Shown here in pieces: positions 49,633 through 62,318 of a stretch of DNA of 64,000 bases. Source of the stretch: Botryllus schlosseri (taxonomy: Eukaryota); assembly GCA_051294905.1 (NCBI GenBank), contig CM119375.1, positions 18,724,001-18,788,000 of the forward strand. Direction: 5' to 3'. The notes below the pieces were generated by a model, which saw only the letters and a program-made list of their open reading frames with translations, did not search any database and was not told the DNA's origin. The position numbers and the translations under genes were made by a program. The first letter of the stretch is position 1; every line of letters starts with the position of its first letter.

Positions 49633-50462
49633 TAGGGATGCGGTGTGAACGTGAGGTTCACGTTCGCGTTCTGTGTGTGTAACTCAGAAATCTAGAGGTT
49701 CGCGTTCACAAACGAACCTTGGTAGCTTCTGCATCGGGGCCCCGTCTGCACTGTGAAACTTTTTCATGTAGTTCTGTTTTTCTCATAATTATAACATCTT
49801 TGATGGAAGTTCTTTGCATTTCATCTTCGGATCACTCTGTGCATGGCGCTGGCAGCATAAAGCGAATCAACAGTTAACGAAAATGCACCTTGCCAATTTC
49901 AAAACGTTTACTTGTTTTGTTACAAAAGTTTGAGCGAAATAGTTAGCTTTCCGTTTGTCAATATTTAGTGACTCTATGCTGTGAGTTAGGCCCGCAATCA
50001 CACAAAATCAAGAACCATGTGCACTGCACGTTGGTAGTCAGAGAATTGTGCTAACTCAATCAATCAATGAAATTAATAAAAAGAATACATCGTTGCCCGT
50101 TAAGAATATAGAATGGGTACTGGTTCCATCTTGATTAGATATGTTTGTCTCATAAAAATCAAATATGTGCTATTGCAAGTCCCTGACAAAATTGTTGGCA
50201 AAGCGACGGTAGACAAAGATTTTATGGGATTATTGTAGCATTTGATTGTTCCAGATGATACATTTGGTGATGTTTAAGAATTCAGCACGTACTTCAGCAT
50301 TGTGGTAAAATGTGTCTTGAGTCGTCGCTAGGCATCGTATTCATATATTACTTTACTGAAATGTAGGCTTAGAATTAGCTATACGTGACGTTCACACAGA
50401 GCCTTTCAAAAAGTTTCGTGTTCACACGAACCAGAACCTTTCAGGGGTTCATACCATCCGTA
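49633..50462 (+). mobile_element. Family X copy C (shorter)
   Basis: Termini TAGGGATG / CATCCGTA; internal homology to copies A and B; TSD not recognisable. Confidence 0.8.
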
Positions 50463-52206
50463 TCGTAATAAGTAATCACGGATACGTAACTATGTCACGA
50501 TAGGCTTTACACACGAATGTGAGACAGCTGTCTTTATTACATAAAATTGGAATAGACCTAAGAAATATATGAAATTCTCGTTACTGACAATATTCTTGAA
50601 TTTCTGAAATTAATTCAAATTCCAGTTAAATTGGGTTGCTCTTCCATGTCATATTCAATGGAATCAATTCAATCACCAATATCTAACTTATGTGGATTTT
50701 GCGCGCGCCAAATACGTTACTTAATCATAAGATCACAAGGGTTTAAGGTTGCGTGTCTATGTACACTTTTTCAGTTCCCGTAGAAATTTATTTACCTATA
50801 TAAGTGCTGAAGCACTAGATTCAAATCGATCGACATGTCCAACTTTCGTTTTTCAATGTGTCGCACGCTCTAATGCCGAGCAATTCTCATATCCCACAAC
50901 TCAAGTTTGCCTTCTATGGTTATTTTGTTCTCATGAAAGATGTTGCTTGGCTCTGACAACTCTGGTGAATCATAATAAAATCAGATATCAGTTGGAAATT
51001 GGGAACACAGGGAGTGATCAGTGACTGTATATGCAAGAAAATTTCCAATGGCGATAAATCCGCATTTTCGCTATAATGAAGTATGAAATATACGTTGTAT
51101 CCAGAATCCTTGTGATTTGAATCGGAATATTATGCCCTGAAAATAATAAGGGCAAATACTTCTTAACAACTATCCTTGCCTGTCAAACATCCTTGGCGCC
51201 CTATAAATCATGAGGCACCTGTCCAATATCCATGTTGCCTAACGGCGATTCTCGGTTTCGTCTTTCGCTATAGTGTCCGTACGGATGCGCATGTAACTGG
51301 GGTTGTCATTCAAAATCGTAATGAATTTAAAAAGCTATCTTTTCAAAGCAAGATTTTGCATAGAACATGCTATATTGTCTTATATGCTTTTTAAGCCGTA
51401 TCAGATGTAAACAACATCTAAAGTAGCAATATATGGGGCAATAGAGCGCACGCAACTGTCTGCACAAATGAAACAATTCATTACTTGTGTTCTAGTATAT
51501 TCAAGGAATATTTTCACACGCCAAGATAACCAAGATAAGTTTGCGGCAGACTGAGCTGCGTATAAAAAAACAATTGCATATTTTTTCGTGCAATCTGTTC
51601 AATGAGACAGTATATTTCCGATTCCATTGTAAATGGTCAAATTTCTTCTTCAATATTACTACCGACCAATGAATCTACGGAGAGTGTACTTAAACTCTCC
51701 CAACGAAAAACCAGATCATTGGGCGTGGCGTGACTTTGTGACATTTTAAAAACCGTTACCCCCAGTGAACTTGAACATATGGCATATGTGACTACAGAAG
51801 TTGCCCGCCGCTGGGTTAATAGGTGTATTTTAATTCGCTGTGATGTGACTGCCGGTGTATATTGGGTGAACGGCGATGGTTTCAGTACATCGCTCAAGTT
51901 AGTGATGAAGTGCGTATCGAGAATCGGAGAATGCATGCCACGTGCATTGCACTCGTGCACAGTACACATCTCTAGCGCAGTTGCTTAACGAAGGATTGCG
52001 TTAATATTCAAATTCAATTTATATTGTATAGTTACGTCAGGGAGGTTTACGCATTTGTCACACCTAGAATTTCTGATATGGCTATTGACTGCAATTTTAT
52101 TTCGGTGGCGTCATTTCTGTTCTTGTTTGCGAGCGTCATATCACCTACGCCAGTCAAATAGTTTTCACTCGCCGGAAAAGTTGAGCTTGTTGTTGTTTTT
52201 TGGGGT

Positions 52207-52288
52207 GTTCATGGTGTTTGTCGACTACTATGGTCATGTACACCAGGCCGATATTCTTGATATTTTCCGTAACTGCCGACTTATAGCA
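52207..52288 (-). repeat. ~82-bp module shared (inverted) with 45136-45217
   Basis: TTCATGGTGTTTGTCGACTACTATGGTCAT...ACTTATAGCA is near-identical to the reverse complement of 45136-45217. Confidence 0.75.
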
Positions 52289-53502
52289 CGGCCCACCTCT
52301 AGGCTTTTTGTAAGACACCGATAACGCGGATAAAAGTTGAGCTGTTTCATGCATACTGTGAAAATAATAATTTGGTGGCAATAAGAATACTATAGGGAAA
52401 CCTCGCGACCGGTAGTTAGGGCCCAAACAACATGCGAGAGGAAACCCAGTCGCGTGTCTCAAATATGATTCCTGCCTGAAACGAGATGGCATCTTACATC
52501 ACGCTTTGGTAGATTCAATATGACGTTTATGTCCTCACAATTGGGGATTTTTCGTACCAATAATGCTCACCGAGAGCGCAAATATTACCTATTCCGAAAT
52601 GTCCATTGTCCATGAACTCTGGTCCCAACAATCCACATGTGTTATAGTGCAACTAAACCGATTATTATTAGTTTGCAGGTACTGTTCGAGACGCATATGC
52701 TCGAAAGACTGGAAGAATTCCATTTTCAACTGGCAGTCTTAACCAACCTCAACAGCGAGTCTGCACCTGTGGATGTTACTGCGTAGCGAATCCGCACAGC
52801 TGCGGAACTTACTGTAGCATTATAGAATGTAAGAATGTTCCGAAGACAAAGTGACGCGTTGATCTGCCCACCCGGAAGCTGCCGAAAGAAAGTTTAGTGT
52901 AAATATGACCTTATGACTTTGTATATATCACATATGTATTCTGTACCGTAAATAGTATACTCTTGTTCGAATACCAACGGTGGGTAATATTATATTGCGA
53001 TGCTTATATTTGAGCATTTTATTGTATTTATCGAACATACTTTGCAACGTTAGCACCAATCTGTATTTGCCCCTATTCCGCAATGATGCGATTCATGCGT
53101 GTTACCTCAATGATTTCAATTCATATATTTGTGATTTATATAATAATGACTGCGCTATTCATTGTCATCCTATATTCACCTCCTGACCAATGTTACGTGA
53201 AGCGACGACATACGACCTGAATCTGGTCATGCGAGTTAATTCAAGATTTATGAATACCGCGATTATTACGATAAACAAGTTTCACACTTGGGTTGCAACA
53301 ATTTGATTTTGCTTTCAGTTGCGTAGTAAATGTGCTACGTCGGTTTGATTTATTGATTTTTGAAGTTAAAACATGATCCACGCTTTGTGCTATTGAAGTC
53401 GCATTTAGAATTTTTTTTATCAGTTATCTCATCTTCGAATCAGTTTATGCTATATATTCCAGGTTCACGAGGATATTGGTAATACCTCAAAGTTCGACTG
53501 AA

Positions 53503-53551
53503 CTACTGCTACTACTACTGCTACTAATGATAACATTAATAATGATGATGA
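53503..53551. repeat. Imperfect (CTA)n/(ATG)n microsatellite
   Basis: CTACTGCTACTACTACTGCTACTAATGATAAC...GATGATGAT. Confidence 0.6.
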
Positions 53552-53875
53552 TCACTAATTTTAAATTGCCTGTTTTATCAGACCGTGGATATCAGAATCC
53601 AGCTGAGATTTTTTGCGGCCGTGCATACTTACATCACTAGCCTATGATTTAAATTATGCCAAGATGAGTTGATAATACTGACTCCACCCAGTTATGGTAT
53701 GGTGGTTGTTGTTGGCACGGTTATTCCTGTATATGGCCGTTGAGCATAAATCTATGCATATATCGACCGATTATTTAATGCTCAATTTAATTGCCTACTG
53801 CCTGTACTACCGATTGTTTATGTCAGCTGTACCCAGTTCGTACTCAGACTTGAGAAGAGTAGTTATTGTTGATAT

Positions 53876-54218
53876 TAGGGCTGTGGAGTCGGTTAATTTT
53901 TCGACCCACTTCAACTCCGACTCTGACTCCAGACAATTTCAATTTACCGACTCCTACTCTGTCTCTGACTCCAACTCCTACTCCGCCCGCGACTCCAACT
54001 TCGACTCCTGGTATTTTCTTCACAGCATTCCGACTCAGACTCCACCATTCCGGTGAATATAGTCAAAAAATGATATGTTTATTGTATTTTAGTTGATAAT
54101 TTTACGAAGTGAATCAACGTTTTTTATTCAAATTTAGCAAAAATTAGGCATGTGAAAATGCACCTCACTCCAACCGGAGAAAATTTAACGAAACTCCGAC
54201 TCCGATTCCACAGCCCTG
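53876..54218. mobile_element. hAT-type MITE with (GACTCC)n subterminal repeats
   Basis: Termini TAGGGCTGTGGAGTCGG / CCGATTCCACAGCCCTG; ACTCCG/ACTCCA arrays; TSD not preserved. Confidence 0.75.
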
Positions 54219-56739
54219 GTTTCTCCTCAAGTAAGAGTAGAAGTATCTCTTGGATTTCTACTCAATTCAAAGTATAAGTATGAATTTCCAAGGCATGTAA
54301 AAACTATTTCAGGTGTAAGTAGAAAATGAGAGATATGAAGACTGTTCAATTAGGCGGTTTTGCAAAGTAGGTGCGATCAAGATGCCGCATACTCATCATT
54401 GAGGGAGTTTCTTTCGAAATTGAAATATATTAACGGAAAATGACTAACGTCACAACAAATAGGTTCAATGTTCGCAAATATACACATAGTTATATTATTA
54501 TAGAAGCTATTTCACGTGATTTTTATGGCAGCTTCACTCATAAAAACCATGCAAACTAGGACAAAACTATTTTATACCCTTCAGAACCCAAAGTGAAACA
54601 GTTATGTTCAATAAAATCGGGAGTAGTATGAAAACATAACCATATAAGAAAATATATTGTAAGCGGGCGAAATCTACTTGAGTACTCTGAAAAGGTAGAA
54701 CTATACTTCACTAATGATCACCACTAGCCATACTAGGTGTGTTTGCTGACTGTGACAGCAATAATTATCATAGGTTATAATGGGTGAGATAGGCATTGGG
54801 CAAGCTTGACGTACTAACTGCAAGGAGCCATAATGTGCGGATATTGTTAGAAAATACGAGATCCGTTTTGGCCTTCCTTTTACTTTTGGACTTCCTTCTT
54901 CGTCAGCACTAGTAGAAGTGTGGTATAATAGTGTAGCGCAAACTTTAATCTTTTGCTTTCATCAGCCTACTATAGATTACGGTGGCGGTGGCACATATAT
55001 CCGAAAAGTATATTGAATCTCGTCAAATATTGTAAGCATCACTCTTGCCTTATGTTGTGCTGTTTATGCAACTAATCTTTTTATAATTTGACCATCATTC
55101 TCATCAAGTTCTTTGAAAACTACCTACATGGTTTTGCAATTACACGCATTTTAATTGGTCTTTGCCGAATGAGTTTTTACTCAGTATTTGTCTAATGTTT
55201 GCTGGAGATTCGTTCCAAATAAAGCGCGAACTTTATTTATCATTATACTGTTTCGCAATCACCTTGAAGGATATCGCAATAGATGTGTTCAGAACCGAAA
55301 CAACCGTTCAGCAGTCGGGAGTACTTCGGGTCAGCATATATTATATATCATCATTCCATCGACGCTTAGCTTTACGAGTGAATCACATCAGAATTGACCG
55401 ACTGTAAGAACGACGTTACTAATTTGAAATGTAGCAAGGATTTTGTCTTTTTACCCAACCAAAGTAGTCTGAAATCATAGCCCCTTGAGTAAGTATAGTG
55501 CGAGGTATGTAGTGGGAGTGTTAAGCAGGTCTTTGCATCACGAAATATTCAATCGCTCTTCCACAAAATTTGATTTGAAATGAGAAGAGACGATGCCAGG
55601 GTGTTCAAATCAGCAATGCGTGTTTAGATGCTTTCAGACGATGCAGCCAATGCCTCTAAAGGCAAACTGGGATAAGTAACGTAGAGATTGCATTGAATGC
55701 CGTTTTCAAATATCACAGCAAGTACATGAAGGTCAGCTGGACTGAGAAATCGCAAGATTTTTAATATGCAATTGGCATAATTAGAAAGCGATAATATATA
55801 GGGTAATTCGATCGCCAGGCACCAAGTCACGTTTCTTTATTTACTTCTCACCTTGTACGTATGATCAAAAGAGATATCGGGATGTGTTATATTTTCGAAG
55901 TAAACTGATCCTTCGTAATAGGAATATTCCGGATCCAATATACGACCTTCTCTGGTTGTCAGGTGACGCTCGCGAGCGATATACAAACCATTTAAATAAT
56001 GGCAACCCATTTGAGACGGCGCCATTTAATATCAGCATATATTTGCTCCACTTATAGGGATGTTTAAATATTTAGCGTCCTGACACATCCCATTGCTTCT
56101 CAGGTCTCAGGATAGAAGTATTTTACCAAAAATGTTTGCGGCTTCGAGAGACCGAAAAGTCTATTATTTTCATCGGGTCATGATTATCCAATATTTGCGA
56201 TGTATTTCGTTGGGATTTGAACATAAATTTGTTCATCTGACCATCCTGCAAAATCAGTTCAACTTATTTTTTCCTCTTCAATATGCAACAAGTTAGGTCA
56301 AAGTATTCGTATGTATAAGAAAATTACACCTTGCAGCCTACACATTGAGAAATGTAGGCGTCAAACATAAACCGTTGTCACAGATGAGCGATTACCACTC
56401 GAATGATGCCGATGCCGACCCTATATTCAACCAATCATCAGCCAGCATATGTTAAAAGTAGTATACGGCCTCCTATCGAGAGCCCGGTATTATCCGATTG
56501 CGGTGTTGGCAGCGCGTTCTGCTAAATAGTTCAGTTTTTGCGTCATCATTGTCAAATATACATTTTAAAAGATTCTATAACACAATCTACACGCTGTTAG
56601 AAGGGTACTATGCAAGAGATCTCCTTTTTTATTCGGCCCTGTCTCAAGAATTGTACGTCGTGATGGAATTATCATGCTTTGTAAACATTCGCTGACAAGA
56701 CACTGCAGGATCTGAAGATACATCTTTCACCAGGGGGTC

Positions 56740-56960
56740 CTGATATTTTTGTATACAGTAAAGGATTGGCGCGCTAGGAGCGATGGTCCGGTATACTCTG
56801 CAGGTCTGGCCGAATAGTATCCTCAAGTACAGTGTGGAGTTTAAGGACTGAGGGTATATAGAAGTGGTCTAGGTTAGTGTTTATTAGTTCACGACCAGCA
56901 GCCCATGAACACAAACACAGGAAGGCTCAGTTCACCACTTGAGTAGTTGTTGGGAGTAAG
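56740..56960 (-). pseudogene. Possible decayed LINE (L1/Tx1-like) endonuclease fragment
   Basis: Minus frame LDHFYIPSVLKLHTVLEDTIRPDLQSIPDHRS* loosely resembles the RLD-FY...SDH end of APE endonucleases; in-frame stops. Confidence 0.3.
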
Positions 56961-57408
56961 ACGACAATGATGTTCTTGTAAGTAAAATATCTCCGTAGCA
57001 GTGATTATCTAACTCCGTGACGAGGCAAACTTAAGTGTTCCGCCACAAATATTCATGTGTGCTGCCTGCTGCGAATCATTTTGGAAGTTTGGGATGCAAC
57101 TAGGATCGCACTTAAATCAAAAGGTTTAAACGGTGTTTTGAAAAATTGACATTTTAAAAGGAACGAAATTGTTTTTGTTGTTGTTGTATAATTATGCCAT
57201 AATTGTGTAAATACTGTCGAAAAATGTACATGTAAATTATATACATATAGTATATATATATGTACAGTATCAGCCTGCGGACAATTTGCACCTACAGATA
57301 TGGATCGTTCGCATGGAATGGATGTTCTGATGGGGATGACCACCGACCGTCAAAATGCTGCATTACAATCTATAGACCTGGTCAAAAATATTTTTAGTGC
57401 GTTCACGA

Positions 57409-57445
57409 CAGGGGTCGGAAGCCCTTTCAAACAAAAGAGCCACAT
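57409..57445 (+). repeat. Possible solo hAT MITE left end
   Basis: CAGGGGTCGGAAGCCCTTTCAAACAAAAGAGCCACA; no partner end found. Confidence 0.35.
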
Positions 57446-60400
57446 ATATCCTACATCTTCAATTGTCAATGTTATTACACAGTGACTTCACAATTGAAGA
57501 GTCGTGACGTCATGGCTAAAAAAGACACTAGAAGCCATGCTTTAAACGAGGGCCATGTATTAAACATGTTCGTTTTAAATTGATTTTAGTTTTAAATGCA
57601 ACCCTAGATACAACTGCATAAATATTTAGGTATTTCAAACAAAGCATGCAGACAAGCATGTGCGACATCGAAGCGCTCCTACTGCTTTAATATCTGAGAA
57701 ATGCGTCAAAACATGTGACGATGAAACCAATTATGTCAATGGCGATAGAGAAGGATAATTGCAACATCATAGTCTGGTTGCCATATTACAATTAAATGTC
57801 TAACTTTTATCACGTCAGCTCTGCACACCACCCGGTTTGTGACGTGGTATTATCCCTGGTAACATGGTCTGAATTCGCGCTTGGTGAAGAATGTTAACCT
57901 ATCTCGAGTTTAAGCTATGCAGATCTCAGTTTATTGGCTGGAATTCAGCTTTCACCGCAACATTATTTCCAATAATTTGCTATTAACAGATTTTTATGGG
58001 AAGATAATCTTTTGGAAGCAACGCATTATGCAGTTAACTTGAGGAAGGACAAGATTCCGCTATTAGTTTACGAAACGAACTATTTTTAAAGCTGTTTCCA
58101 AAAATAATGTTAATGAGTTGTGGCTGTCTGTCTGCTTCCAAATTTATTCCATAATCGATGGAAAAGCAATTAAAATTATATTGTCACTTGCATCTGTTTT
58201 GACTGCAATTAAAAATTGTAAACGACAGAGACTGCTTGGAATTGGCGAATAAACGCGGGTATGTTTGTCAATATTGCAACCTCGTTTCAGTCGTATGTGC
58301 TCGTGTACCTGTACACAAGTATATCCGTTACATCAACACGGGAAAATAACTTTCTTATAATTTGACTTTTATTCTATTGTAAATGTGCCGCGAGCGTTTT
58401 ATAATACTTCTAATGTGCCACAAGCTGGAAATGTTTGGGAATCGCTACTCTATTGTCTCAAATTACCAACAGATTTGTGGAACATTATCCGAAATATATT
58501 TCCCACTAACTTACGGATATGTAGAACGATGTTCGTATAGTCAGCGTCTCGGAATCATGTTTGTAGTCAATATCTCACTTCAACTACTGCCGACACCCCT
58601 GAAATTCAGAACGACATCGACGGCCCATTATAACAGAATGCCGCGATACATCGAGTAGAATTCGAACGATCTACGAGACGCGAGGAGCGTATTATTCTTC
58701 GCATATTGCCAATTCGGCGAATCTCCGTTACAGGCCTCCTATGCCGAAAAAGTTATAAAATAATGCGTGAGTGGGGTAGTTCTACATACGATATTGTGTC
58801 AGCATTGATATGTCGTTGTAGATAACTAAAAGCGCTGTCGCAGCAGAGTATATAGTATAAAATAGAATTGGCCTGATTGAAATGGTATGTGGTGCGAAAG
58901 ACCATTCGATGTTGCGCGCACCATTCTCAATTATACATACATACATTATACAACTATCTGAATAAAGTTTTGCCCAGTGTCCTAATACCATATTACGTAG
59001 TGTTGAGCTATAAAAGGAAGACATGCATTTTCTCGGATTACTAGCGATAATTTTCTTTCTGTATACGTATACGAACGAATAAGCGGTGGTAAAGCTGCAT
59101 GTGATCTCATCTTGCCATCAATTGACGTAAGATTAGACGCCTTTCATGTTTGTATGCAGTGTCGGCCGCTGTTTGTTCCACCCGCTGAAAAATTGCTCGC
59201 TTGTAACGGTCGCAATTCGCTATTCACCGGTATTTTCCGTTTTGTAGTCTAATAACAGGAACAGTTTTTTCCGCAGATGAAAGTATACGCCTAGCTATAA
59301 TAAGGCAAGATTAACTTACTTGAACGATATCAACGGAGATTTGGGTGTCAGTAATGCCGGTGTAAAAGTTCAGTTTCTTTACGCAATACGGCACTCTGAC
59401 GACGTACAGGCTTGCAGTAGAAATATTATATCTGGGTTGAATATACCTGAGGTTCGGAAGAAATAAGTAATGCCGAATGCTCGGATATTGAGAGCTAATA
59501 TAGGCTATCGCCATTCGTATAGTCAGATCAGGCAAGAATATTCAAGTATACCGATAGCGTTTATTTTCGGCCTATACGTTTGGAGTCTTCTAAGAAGAAA
59601 TAGTGGTGAAACCAGGCTTATCATATTTTCATCACGCGAAAAGGGAACATTTTTATTGCCATCAAGTTAAACGAAAGTAGAATTTTTACGGTTGAGTTTG
59701 ATGGTATTTCACATTACTTTGTTAGTTGCAGGCAAAATTTACAAAAACAGACACAAAAACAACTAATAAAATATAATTTTCAGATTCAGCCCCTGAATAC
59801 TTTGCAAATAAGGATTAATAATTTTCAACGAGTTGGTGAAATTGTTTACACGAAATGTCATTGAAGGTATCTATACACCGACAGCTCGAAACTGATCCAA
59901 CTACAATGTAACTTGCGCCAGGAAAACTGTGACATATTCACGCATATAAAAAGACCAAGATGTTACAGAGATCACGAACGATGTTTGCAATAACAATCAG
60001 AAAGGCTGTGCGGCATTTTTTTTGGAAAACCTTTTTCAAACCCGCAGTTCAGCATATTTCATGGCTACAGTAATTTACAACGGCTCGCATAAACGTCTTG
60101 TTTGAAACCATGGGCAACTAACTCGAATTGCGAAAAAGAGGAAATTTGGGCGTTTTTCAGCGTCCTTGGCGTGCCATTCATTTCTCATGAAAAAAAATGA
60201 AAAATCTTTCGAAAAGAGGCCATAGGCCTAGGTAAAATCGGATGAAAATGATATATAATACGTCAGTACATTAGACGTTTACGTACCCCGTTGGACATCA
60301 TATGTAGATTCCACTATACTAGAACACTGCACATCTTCAAGTAAGATTTATAATTACTGTTCTTGACTCCTATGACATGACTTGTAAGGTTATTTTGCTA

Positions 60401-61976
60401 CCATATTTGCTAACCGCAGTAAGCGTGATGTCAACTCGGGTGCTCTATATACTTCTCATTCACATGCCGCTTATTTATATATCTGTTCATTTCATTAGTT
60501 AATCCGATATGGAAAAGGTGGGAAGCCTAAAATAATATTAATGCTCCGTCTTGCACGATACTTGGATATTGCTGACAAAATTCCTGAAAAAACTTGGCAA
60601 TTTTTTCGTGCGATACTTTACAAACACGTGCCTGTACACAATTATGAAAAAGTCACTCGCCGTTGTGATGCAGAACTTGGCAATAACATTTTTCGATCCG
60701 TCCCACTTGGTGCGTTAACAATTCTGAATGACAGGACGGGCTTTCTATTTTATGATTTCCGAAACCGCTTGTTATGACTGCAGTTAGAAAGCCGCCTAAT
60801 GAACACGCTGTCTAGGATTCCATCTAGATATTCAAGTCTTGTAAAAAGGATCGTGCATCCCAAACCTGAAATTTGTCAGCGGCAGAGTTGTGGCCTGCGT
60901 GAATTTTACTCTGAAGGAAATTTTCACAAAACCAAGCTGGCGCAGTTTCGGTGTTCCACTCGTAAATCACTTCAACTACGATTTCAAAATATTTTTTTTG
61001 TTTTACTGTCTTTCGTCGTGACCAATAACTGCGGGATAGGTTATAGAACGCTTCTGCAACACTACAGAACACTACGACAAGGAACATAATATTATTCGCT
61101 GAAGATGTGAGACCAGAGTTTCAACGCCCGTCTTCTTAAAGCATGGAAGGTATCGTTGTCCTCGATAGGCCTTACTGTGCCAGTAGATAAAAACAAAGAG
61201 CACTTGCATTGATCTTGTCACATGTAGTAAAAAGTACATTATAATAATATATTCATGGCAGAAATATATTAAAACCTGAAGCTTTTCGAGCTGACACTCT
61301 TCAGGGGCAATCGTCAGCGAACGGAGAATTTCAAAAACGTGCATCTAGCTACATTGCATACAACCAATTATGACGTCATAGAAACTAACAACATGAAATA
61401 CAGGCAAACCGCGAGCGCAGCTAGTGGCCAAATTCTAGATTGACTAAAAATTCCTTCTGCTGACACAAGCGCGGTCGGTGGATTAAAAGTGGATTCCAGT
61501 GCAGACATATGGAAATGAGAGTAAAAAGTGATGATTTCATATTTGATATCACGGTCGCGAGATTTTCCAATTTAACCAACGGGGTCACCGACTCGATAAG
61601 GTTAGGACATTGATTTAGATATTATTGAGAGAGTTTTCGGTTTCGGATATGCAAGTGCGTCATCAAATAATTGTTCATCGTATCCGTCCTCTCGCCCTTT
61701 ACATTTAGGCATACGGCCTGATTCACCAGAAAGGCTTTACCATGTGTTTAGCGTTGGAGTTCCTGCTTTGCACTCGCATTCAGGTCCTGGTTACATGTCT
61801 CGTCTCGTATAACTATATACATATTATCGTAATAATTCAGTTTTATACTGGTTGTAGCCCATCGCAAAAACTTAGATTTACAGAAGTACAACCGGAGTTT
61901 CTTACTACTTCTGGATACTCAAGATTTGATAGTTTTGCCTCTAGCAGTTCCAGTGGAACGCAACCTGAAGCTAATA

Positions 61977-62284
61977 TCGTAAATGCGAGCCCTGTAAACT
62001 TCACACGTTATCATTATAAGGAATTCGAAGTAGCGAAGTCAGGACAAATTATCAGGACTCACCATTCAGAACGAGAAGGGGTATTTGCCGCAAAGGGTAT
62101 TGCATCTGTTCACAACTTCGCATACTATTGTCGTAAACGCTAGCCAAGTACACTTCACACGTTATCATTATAAGGAATTCGAAGTAGCGAAGTCAGGACA
62201 AATTATCAGGACTCACCAGTCAGAACGAGAAGGGGCATTTGCCGCAATGGGTATTGCATTCATTCACAACTTCACATACCAGTG
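61977..62284. repeat. Tandem duplication, 154-bp period
   Basis: A 66-bp identical core at 61999-62064 and 62153-62218, with similar flanks. Confidence 0.9.
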
Positions 62285-62318
62285 ACATACCAGTGACATA
62301 CCAGTGAGACAGTGACAT
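62275..62318. repeat. 11-bp minisatellite (CATACCAGTGA)x3 plus a partial copy
   Basis: Read directly at the end of the second 154-bp unit. Confidence 0.8.

Noticed and set aside
53694-54096. SDSDS / PTPTPT ORFs as low-complexity proteins
   Set aside because: Translation of the (GACTCC)n repeats of the MITE at 53876-54218.
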